From contig CP064964.1 in NCBI GenBank assembly GCA_016699205.1, positions 300,001-332,000 on the forward strand: a stretch of DNA of 32,000 nt, written 5' to 3'. A model generated the notes under the pieces. That model saw only the letters and a list, made by a program, of their open reading frames with translations. It made no database searches and was not told where the DNA came from. The position numbers and the translations under genes were made by a program. The stretch's first letter is position 1; each line of letters begins with the position of its first letter. Below, one piece after another: positions 24,376-31,270 of the stretch. The stretch comes from Candidatus Saccharimonadota bacterium. GTDB lineage: Bacteria; Patescibacteriota; Patescibacteriia; 2-12-FULL-60-25.

Positions 24376-26270
24376 GGTGTTGGGGTGAGGTCGGAACAGA
24401 CGCCGCTTTGCGAGACGCCGTCACAGCAATTTGGTTCGCTTGAGTCGGCGGTGCAGCGGTCGGAAGCGGCTGGATTGAAGCAGTTCTGGTAAACGTTCTG
24501 GACGCCGGAGTGAACGATTGGCTGATAGGTCGGCTGAACGGCACCGGGAGCAGTGGAGGAAGCTGGCGAGTAGAGACGGTGGTCAATCGTGAGACGGCCT
24601 TTGGTGGCGATGTCGCCGACCCCTGCTAGCGCACCCGTTTCAGTCAGAGGATCTTGCGAAAGCGACCACCACCAGGTGTCGGCCATGCTTGAAGGTTCGT
24701 TGGTTTGAATCTCGACCGTGTCCGAGTTGACCGTGGATGATTGAAGGACGGAATCAAAGTCAGCTGTTGGATTGCGATCGAGCGGAAGATTGCTTGAATC
24801 GATGAGATCACCGGCAATTGGGTCTGTGGATTCAATACGGGGGGCGGAAAGATTTGGCGCGCCACGTGTACCAAAGGACCAGCCGTAGTTGTCGTTACCC
24901 GGGGTTGAGTCGGCGTCGGAGCCTTGGGCGTCGCCGTCGCCATTACCATCGAGCGCGTTTCCAACCATGTCGGTGATACCGTCGTAACCGGAGCCTGAGA
25001 GGAAGGCTTGCGGGGGCGTGTCGGACAATGTTGGCGCTCTCGCGATCACGGCGATCGAGGCGTCCGTTGGCAAACAATAAACCGTACTGCCGCAGGAGTT
25101 GGTTCCACAAGCGAGATCGGTTGTAAATTCTACGGTGCGGTAGCCATTGCTAATCCGGAATTCACCGGAAGGGCGCACCTCTGGACCGGATGCAGGAGTC
25201 GCGTTGACCTCGATATTGGTAAAGCCTGCGGTACCGTTCCATACACCGGCAGCGGCGGTTGGATCGACAGGTTCATTGAAATTGATTTGAACGACGATGT
25301 TTGGCGCAAATGTACCGCCATCGGAAGGAATAACAGCCGTGATACGCGGCGGAGTGTTATCGACAACGGTTGAGACCTGGAATTGCCAACGATAGCCGCC
25401 GGAGAAGGCACCGCCAAAAGCCTGCGTACCGTCAGCAAGAACGATGCCGGAGCTTCCGCCGAGCAACTCGACGGTGTAGTCGGTGTTGCTGGTTGGGTTG
25501 CCCAGCAACTCAACAGGACGAATGACAAACGTTTTGCGGTCTGGGGTAAAACGGACGCTTGCCTGAGCCGAGGTCAGAGCCGTGCTGCGATCACTCGTGG
25601 GATAGATCTTGATCGCGTCGTCGTTTAGGCCGTTGATTGTGCCGGAAGTCGCCTCGGTCCAGTCCTTGATGAAGGAGTCGACGCGAATCGGTTCCTTAAA
25701 AGTGACAACGATCGGCGTGTTACGCGGAACGCCGGTTGCATCGCGCTGTGGAAGATGTGTCTCGATGATGCCGCTACCAAGAGAACCAGCAGAACCCGGA
25801 AAGCCAAAGCCACCGCCGCCAAACGGACCGGTACCTGTACCGCCGAAACCGGTAACACCAGCGAGCTGAGCAAGAATAAAGTTTACGATTGCGAAGGAGG
25901 ACGCAATAATGATCAACCCGATGATCGCATTACGGATGTAAGATTTTGCTTGTTCAATTTTTGCCGAATCGCCGCCAGACGTCATCCAAAGGTAACCTGC
26001 GTAGAGCAAGAGACCGAGGAGAATGATGCCGACAAAGCCGAGCGCGACATTAATGATGCGGCCGATGATGGTAAAAAGATCTGCTCCCCCACCGATACCG
26101 GCCTGGGTTCCGATGACTTCAAGATTCTCTTGCGAGGTTTGTGCAAAAACCGGAAGAACGAATGACAAGCCAAGCAGGGCGACAAACGTAAAAACCGCCA
26201 TCGACAAAAGCGGTCGCACGGCAGTTAACCGTTGTTTCAAAGTCCTTACACGGGATCCGTTCTCAAGCAT
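24372..26270 (-). CDS. VirB2/TrbC-like (CPR 'T4SS pilin'-type) N-domain fused to about three Ig-like modules
   Basis: Signal peptide ending VFA/Q. Helices flank YAGYLWMTSGGDSAKIEQAKSYIRNAIIG. Gly-rich hinge GFGGTGTGPFGGGGFGFPG. Big_5-like modules (PRNTPIVVTFKEPIRVDS..., IVVQINFNEPVDPT...). Cys-rich C-terminus. The start is ATG 26270 or ATG 26201. Confidence 0.7.
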   Translation of the reverse strand: MLENGSRVRTLKQRLTAVRPLLSMAVFTFVALLGLSFVLPVFAQTSQENLEVIGTQAGIGGGADLFTIIGRIINVALGFVGIILLGLLLYAGYLWMTSGGDSAKIEQAKSYIRNAIIGLIIIASSFAIVNFILAQLAGVTGFGGTGTGPFGGGGFGFPGSAGSLGSGIIETHLPQRDATGVPRNTPIVVTFKEPIRVDSFIKDWTEATSGTINGLNDDAIKIYPTSDRSTALTSAQASVRFTPDRKTFVIRPVELLGNPTSNTDYTVELLGGSSGIVLADGTQAFGGAFSGGYRWQFQVSTVVDNTPPRITAVIPSDGGTFAPNIVVQINFNEPVDPTAAAGVWNGTAGFTNIEVNATPASGPEVRPSGEFRISNGYRTVEFTTDLACGTNSCGSTVYCLPTDASIAVIARAPTLSDTPPQAFLSGSGYDGITDMVGNALDGNGDGDAQGSDADSTPGNDNYGWSFGTRGAPNLSAPRIESTDPIAGDLIDSSNLPLDRNPTADFDSVLQSSTVNSDTVEIQTNEPSSMADTWWWSLSQDPLTETGALAGVGDIATKGRLTIDHRLYSPASSTAPGAVQPTYQPIVHSGVQNVYQNCFNPAASDRCTADSSEPNCCDGVSQSGVCSDLTPTP

Positions 26271-26299
26271 GGGAAAAGAATCGATCCAACATCATCATC

Positions 26300-26737
26300 T
26301 TACCCTGATAATTGACGCTGGACAATGGCACGCACTTCATTGCCGTCGGCACGACCTGCAACAGCCTTCATGGCAGCGCCCATTGCCTTGCCCATATCGG
26401 TTGCACCAGATGATTTCACTGCCTCGCTGACGATTTTCTCCAACTCTTCCGCCGGCAATGACGGAGGTAGGTACTGGGCGATGAGATCAATCTCTTTCTG
26501 CTGACGTTCAAGCAAGTCTTGGCGGCCGGCAGCCTGAAAATCCGTGAGCGCGTCTTGATATTGCTTGATCATCGTTTTTAAAACAGCGTGCGTATCCTCA
26601 TCCTTGAGATCGCGACCTAATTCAATCTGCTTGTTTTTTAGCGCCGATCGCACAAGCCGCATAACCGAGAGGGCGAGCTCATCCTTGGATTTCATCGCGG
26701 TCTTGAAGTCCGTTTCCACGCGTTCGAGAACAGTCAT
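26300..26737 (-). CDS. yqeY: GatB/YqeY domain protein
   Basis: 145 aa. DFKTAMKSKDELALSVMRLVRSALKNKQIE, YLP...EELEKIV and G.KDMGKAMG patterns typical of YqeY. Located downstream of rpsU, as in Firmicutes. Confidence 0.9.
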   Translation of the reverse strand: MTVLERVETDFKTAMKSKDELALSVMRLVRSALKNKQIELGRDLKDEDTHAVLKTMIKQYQDALTDFQAAGRQDLLERQQKEIDLIAQYLPPSLPAEELEKIVSEAVKSSGATDMGKAMGAAMKAVAGRADGNEVRAIVQRQLSG

Positions 26738-26756
26738 AGATGTGGCCTATCATAGC

Positions 26757-26792
26757 AGAAAAACAAAACACTCCGCCATAGGCGGAGTGTTT
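26757..26792 (-). terminator. Rho-independent terminator after rpsU
   Basis: AAACACTCCGCC / GGCGGAGTGTTT 12-bp stem (26766-26792), followed on the minus strand by TTTTGTTTTT. The plus side is also T-rich, so it may act in both directions. Confidence 0.75.
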
Positions 26793-26798
26793 TGAATT

Positions 26799-27044
26799 TT
26801 AGCGGCGGCCGTACTTGCGCTTAGGCTCTTCCTTCAACTGTCCGGTCTTGGAGAGATATTCGTATTTCTCGCCCATTGTGACGCGGCGGAGAGCGCTATC
26901 GCGACGCTGGTTCTTGTTCTTGCCACCGTCGTGAAAACGGCGCTTTTTGCTTTCGATTTGCTTGCCACTAGACTGGAACCGGCGCTGGAAGCGTCGGAGC
27001 AAGGCGTCGAACGTTTCATTCTTTTTTCGTTTAACTTCTACCAT
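26799..27044 (-). CDS. rpsU: 30S ribosomal protein bS21
   Basis: MVEVKRKKNETFDALLRRFQRRFQSSG... matches the S21 consensus pattern. Strong SD (GAAAGGAGCGACCCT-ATG). Confidence 0.88.
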   Translation of the reverse strand: MVEVKRKKNETFDALLRRFQRRFQSSGKQIESKKRRFHDGGKNKNQRRDSALRRVTMGEKYEYLSKTGQLKEEPKRKYGRR

Positions 27045-27080
27045 GAGGGTCGCTCCTTTCTATTGTAGGATTTGCGAAAT

Positions 27081-28484
27081 CTACATGGTTGCAGCCGGAG
27101 TGTCAACCCCGCTGGTCCCGTTGGCCAACTTCTTCTTGATTTCATGCACCACCTTCTTCACGTCGACGATTTCCTGGCTTCCGGCGTCCATATCGCGGAT
27201 TTGAACGGTACCGTCGAGCACTTCCTTTTGACCGATCACGATCGCCCATTTGGCCCCGCGCTTGTTGGCGATTTCCATCTGAGCCTTGATGTTAGCTTTG
27301 GAAAAGGCTTCGCCGACCGGGATTCCGGCTTCACGGAACTCCTCGTACAACGCGAGCGACTTCTTGCGGCCCATTTCACCGAGCTGAGCCAAGAAGACGT
27401 CGACATGCGGCAAGCGATGCTCGGCTGGCGGCGGGTTCTTTTCCTTTAAGCGCGAGACGATACGGTCGAGACCGAGACTCATGCCAGCTGCCGGTGTTGC
27501 CGCGCGGCCGCCAAGCGATTCCACGAGACCATCATAACGACCGCCTCCGCCAAGAGCCGTCTGGGCGAGTTCTTGATCATCGGAGTTGGCGTACCATTCA
27601 AAAACGGTTTTGGTGTAGTAGTCGAGACCGCGCACGAGATACGGATCGAGCTGATATGGAACACCGACTTCATCGAGGAATTCCAGTACGCGCATAAAGT
27701 GCGCTTTGGATTCTTCATCGAGCCAATCAACAATCTGCGGAGCTTCTGCCTTCAATTCCAAAATAGCCGGGTCTTTGGAGTCGAGAAGGCGCAGCGGGTT
27801 CTTGAGCAAGCGCTTTTTGTCATCTTCTGAAAGCTTGGCTTTTTTGGAACGGAAGTACGCAACGAGCGCGTTCTTGTAGTTCGTACGCGATTCCGGAGTG
27901 CCGAGCGAGTTGATGCGAACCGTGGTCTCAATTCCAAGACCCTTCAAAAAATTCCAACCAAGGATAATGAGTTGAGCATCGATTACCGGATCGGCATCGC
28001 CAATCACTTCATAGCCAGCCTGGTAGAACTGACGGAAACGACCGGACTGCGGTCGATCGTGACGGAACATCGGGCCCTTGTACCAAAGACGAACTGGCTG
28101 AGGCAGATTCAACATTCCATGCTGAATATAGGAGCGCACGACAGAGGCCGTGCCTTCTGGGCGCAACGACAAGCTCTCTCCCCCAGCGGTTTCCCACGAG
28201 TAGAGTTCTTTCTCAACAATATCCGTCGCACGGCCGACGCCTCGTACAAAAAGCGAAGTGTCTTCTACGATCGGCGTATCAATGCGTTCGTAGCCATAGC
28301 CTTGAGCCAATTTCTCGGCCATTTCCGATACCTGCTTCCAGTAGCCTTGGTCGATAGGCAGCAAGTCGCGCATGCCGCGCACCACCTGAAGTGGCTGGGC
28401 GGATTTTTTGGACGGTGCTGGCGCGGATTCCGAAGCTGCTGGTTTGGCAGCGGGTTTTTTGGCAGGCATTTTTTTGGTTGGCAT
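27081..28484 (-). CDS. hisS: histidine--tRNA ligase with a Lys/Ala/Pro-rich N-terminal extension
   Basis: RGMRD, LSLRPEGTA, FRHDRPQSGRFRQFYQ and GGGRYD class-II motifs. The start is set at ATG 28484, 11 nt after the lepB stop; the tracked ORF to 28634 overlaps lepB. Confidence 0.93.
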   Translation of the reverse strand: MPTKKMPAKKPAAKPAASESAPAPSKKSAQPLQVVRGMRDLLPIDQGYWKQVSEMAEKLAQGYGYERIDTPIVEDTSLFVRGVGRATDIVEKELYSWETAGGESLSLRPEGTASVVRSYIQHGMLNLPQPVRLWYKGPMFRHDRPQSGRFRQFYQAGYEVIGDADPVIDAQLIILGWNFLKGLGIETTVRINSLGTPESRTNYKNALVAYFRSKKAKLSEDDKKRLLKNPLRLLDSKDPAILELKAEAPQIVDWLDEESKAHFMRVLEFLDEVGVPYQLDPYLVRGLDYYTKTVFEWYANSDDQELAQTALGGGGRYDGLVESLGGRAATPAAGMSLGLDRIVSRLKEKNPPPAEHRLPHVDVFLAQLGEMGRKKSLALYEEFREAGIPVGEAFSKANIKAQMEIANKRGAKWAIVIGQKEVLDGTVQIRDMDAGSQEIVDVKKVVHEIKKKLANGTSGVDTPAATM

Positions 28485-28494
28485 AATTGGTGGT

Positions 28495-29106
28495 TTAAAT
28501 TCCGTAGTCGTGAGAGTCAAAGTGTTTCCAGCGATCGATCGGATAGCCGCGGACCCAAACACGACCAACAATGTATTTTTCGTCCACCGGACCAAAGAAA
28601 CGTGAATCGAGACTGCTCGAGCGATTATCGCCAAGCAAATAAAATTCTTTTGGTTTTAAGGTGACGGTCTGTGAGGCGGCGGTAAAGTCTTGGTCGAGGT
28701 AAGCCGTCTCGTCGAGAACGATGCCGTTTGGATGCGCATCGTTGTAAATCTTTACTTTGCCGTCAGCGACTTCTACCGTCTCGCCCGGCAAGCCGATAAC
28801 GCGCTTGATAAAGAACTGCTTTGGATCATTCGGATAATGGAAGACGACGATGTCGCCGCGGGTTGGCGTGCGGAAGCGATAGGACAATTCATCGATGATG
28901 AGATACTCATGATCAAAGAAATTAGGCTCCATGCTTGCGCCTTGGACGTAAAAAGGCTGGATCAAGAACCAGCGGACCGGAATGATGATGGCGAGGGAGA
29001 TCGCGAGAACCTGGACCATTTCCAAGACCAACGCAATAGCGCCAGAACCGCCTACTTTGGCGGTGTTTAAGGCGTCCTCTTTTGCTTTGCCAGTAAAGAA
29101 TCGCAT
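28495..29106 (-). CDS. lepB: signal peptidase I
   Basis: TM anchor. GASMEPN (catalytic Ser), KRVIGLPGE (catalytic Lys) and GDNRSSSLDSR boxes. Confidence 0.93.
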   Translation of the reverse strand: MRFFTGKAKEDALNTAKVGGSGAIALVLEMVQVLAISLAIIIPVRWFLIQPFYVQGASMEPNFFDHEYLIIDELSYRFRTPTRGDIVVFHYPNDPKQFFIKRVIGLPGETVEVADGKVKIYNDAHPNGIVLDETAYLDQDFTAASQTVTLKPKEFYLLGDNRSSSLDSRFFGPVDEKYIVGRVWVRGYPIDRWKHFDSHDYGI

Positions 29107-29151
29107 AACAAAGAGAATATCTTGAATTTTGCCGTTTGTCGAGGGTTTACT

Positions 29152-30354
29152 TTAAGCCATTTTTTGGCTGATAGACCGACGAAACATGAATCGATTCAGG
29201 CTTACGGCGGCAATAACGGTTAAGCCCGCGATGATCGACTCAACCGAGCCAAGCAAGGCTAAAACCCAGCCATTATGAACAATCTCAGGGAAGCCAACAA
29301 AAACCGTGGCGGCGGCTATAGGAGCCATGAAGGCGCCAAGAAACAGTCCGAGGCGGGCGGGGTTGCTAAAATCCTGAACCAAAGCCAGCTTCCAAAGACC
29401 ACGCTTTTCCAGCGGAAGCTTATTTTCCATCTGCTGTTTGCGATAAGCCTGATGATACATACCGATCGATTGGATTGCGGTTGTCAGTGAAAGCGCGACG
29501 GCGGAGAAACCAAACACGGCACCCGCAAGAGCGATTCTTCCTTGTTCGATCAGTGTATCGACGGACAAAACACCCCAAGTCGCAAGGCAAAATACCGGAA
29601 CAAGTACCCAGCCACGCTTGGCGAGCTCTTTCCATGAGAAACCGGAACCGTGCAATGCAAAGAGCTCTGCCGTTTCTGCAAGAATATCATCTGCGGATGC
29701 GGCGAATAACTTTCCGATACCGGAAGCGTAATGCTCGAGTCCGTGCGCAATCGGGCCGACGATTAATAATGCTTTAATAATGCTTTGCGCTACTTCTGTG
29801 CGTGTGTGCGCGTTGTCGAATACGACACGGTTCACGATATAGTCGATCGCGAACGGATAGAGATCCTCATTCAGTTCGCGCATAAATGCACGTTCGTCGG
29901 CACCGACTCCCCCATTGTGCAAATCGACCAGAACGATTTTCTTGAATTCGAAACGGCGCTCCATGATCAGCAACGCATCAGCATTTAAATTCACACCCTG
30001 CTTTTCCGCGTTTACGAGATCAGGCTCGCTAAAAACAGGAAGCTTTCCTTCTCTCAAAAGATTGGGTAGCCATGGAATAATCGTATTATGCTGGGAGTTG
30101 CGCGAAATGTTGTCGACGGCCTTGAGAACGGCTTCTGGCGTACGATCAACGGTACGGATTGCAATACCGAAGCCGCGCAAGAGCAGCTCAGCAAACATTG
30201 CGCGACGCTCGGGCTTGCGCGATAAAACAAAACGTAGCTCAAGGGGCAATTCATCTGCAAGCTCAAGCTCCTCAGGATGCGTAACAGTGAGAATGTGATA
30301 GCGATCGATATGGCGTTTTTCTTTTATACCAAAAAGCCGAGCAACAAGATTCAT
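29152..30354 (-). CDS. hypothetical two-domain membrane protein (soluble N-domain of about 190 aa plus a multi-TM C-domain)
   Basis: 400-aa ORF with ATG start. The C-terminal half has at least five hydrophobic stretches (for example WVLVPVFCLATWGVLSV, IALAGAVFGFSAVALSLTTAI, LGLFLGAFMAPIAAATVFVGF, WVLALLGSVESIIAGLTVIAAV). No family recognised. Confidence 0.6.
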   Translation of the reverse strand: MNLVARLFGIKEKRHIDRYHILTVTHPEELELADELPLELRFVLSRKPERRAMFAELLLRGFGIAIRTVDRTPEAVLKAVDNISRNSQHNTIIPWLPNLLREGKLPVFSEPDLVNAEKQGVNLNADALLIMERRFEFKKIVLVDLHNGGVGADERAFMRELNEDLYPFAIDYIVNRVVFDNAHTRTEVAQSIIKALLIVGPIAHGLEHYASGIGKLFAASADDILAETAELFALHGSGFSWKELAKRGWVLVPVFCLATWGVLSVDTLIEQGRIALAGAVFGFSAVALSLTTAIQSIGMYHQAYRKQQMENKLPLEKRGLWKLALVQDFSNPARLGLFLGAFMAPIAAATVFVGFPEIVHNGWVLALLGSVESIIAGLTVIAAVSLNRFMFRRSISQKMA

Positions 30355-30367
30355 AGATGCCGAATCT

Positions 30368-30778
30368 TTACACGGTTTTGGTATATTTCAAAATCGCTTC
30401 CCATTGTGCCGGGGTTACGGACATGACGGACAAGCGCGGCTGCTCGACGAGAGGCATGATGGAGAGGCCAGCGGTATTTCGAATTTCATCGAGCGTGAGG
30501 GTGCGGCCGACAGGCTTGATCGCCTTCAAGCGCACGGATACCCACTTCCCTTCTTCATCGGTCGGGTCTTGCTTGGCTGTGGCGGCGACCTCTGCAATAC
30601 CGACAATTTCCTTGTCGTCTTCCGTGTGATACACCAAGACCGGATCGCCGACGGCCATCTCGTTCAAAAATTTCCGAGCCTGAAAATTGCGGACACCGGT
30701 CCAATCAGCCTCGCCGTCTTGCACGAGCTGATCCCAGGAATATTCCGATGGATCGGATTTTACGAGCCAATATGCCAT
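30368..30778 (-). CDS. EVE (PUA-like, DUF55) domain protein
   Basis: MAYWLVKSDPSEYSWDQL...WTGVRNFQARKFLNEMAVGDPVLVYHT...IVGIAEV matches the EVE domain pattern end to end. Confidence 0.88.
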   Translation of the reverse strand: MAYWLVKSDPSEYSWDQLVQDGEADWTGVRNFQARKFLNEMAVGDPVLVYHTEDDKEIVGIAEVAATAKQDPTDEEGKWVSVRLKAIKPVGRTLTLDEIRNTAGLSIMPLVEQPRLSVMSVTPAQWEAILKYTKTV

Positions 30779-30783
30779 ACAAA

Positions 30784-30810
30784 TTCACTGTAAACCGGAA
30801 TATCTATACT
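30784..30810 (+). promoter_or_regulatory. candidate promoter for the 30824 gene
   Basis: TATACT (30805-30810) 13 nt before the ATG. Only a poor -35 (TTCACT at a 15-nt spacing). ACTGTAAA occurs twice, 21 bp apart. Confidence 0.25.
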
Positions 30811-30823
30811 GTAAAATAAGATT

Positions 30824-31270
30824 ATGAACCGATTTGAATGGACCTCGCTTGGATTGCAGCTTCTCACGCTCTGCCTAGCCTCATATTTTGCCTTAGTACA
30901 GAACCAAATCAATAATCGCCAAGCAGCGATCGCCGACTATGTATCCGTCTCCATCACGCCCGATCAGGGCGGGGTGCGCTTTCTGAATACGGGAGCGACA
31001 AACGTCTACCTCGACCGTATCACCGTAGATGGAGAAGCCACTGTTTACAGCCAGCCGAGACAGATTGCCGCCAAAGCCGGAGAGGCTTCCACCTATTTCT
31101 CGCCAATCAACTTTGAAACAGCAAACAAAAAAGAATTCACGATCGTCCTTGAGCTGACCGATGAATTTGGAACGCGTTGGGTTTCTCGCCACGCCGGCTC
31201 TGCGGCGGATGAAGATCCCAAAACCGGACTATTTAACGTTTGGACGTATCGGACTTCGCGCGCACCTTAA
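30824..31270 (+). CDS. hypothetical membrane-anchored protein (148 aa)
   Basis: ATG start. N-terminal TM helix (WTSLGLQLLTLCLASYFALV) followed by a beta-rich-looking domain. The 3' end overlaps the convergent miaA by 38 nt. No family recognised. Confidence 0.5.
   Translation: MNRFEWTSLGLQLLTLCLASYFALVQNQINNRQAAIADYVSVSITPDQGGVRFLNTGATNVYLDRITVDGEATVYSQPRQIAAKAGEASTYFSPINFETANKKEFTIVLELTDEFGTRWVSRHAGSAADEDPKTGLFNVWTYRTSRAP

Noticed and set aside
23813-24388. 191-aa plus-strand ORF with a poly-Pro tract
   Set aside because: The poly-Pro tract is the reverse complement of the poly-Gly hinge of the pilin-like gene. The ORF is antisense to a gene with a clear signal peptide and domain structure.
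14630-26270. Conjugative T4SS / integrative element interpretation of the pilin-like genes
   Set aside because: No VirB4, VirD4, VirB6, relaxase, integrase or flanking repeats are present in the window. The block is translationally coupled to core genes.
28485-28634. 50-codon N-terminal extension of hisS
   Set aside because: It overlaps the 3' end of lepB in another frame. The ATG at 28484 lies just after the lepB stop.
27972-28664. 230-aa plus-strand ORF
   Set aside because: It is antisense to hisS, which carries all class-II HisRS motifs.
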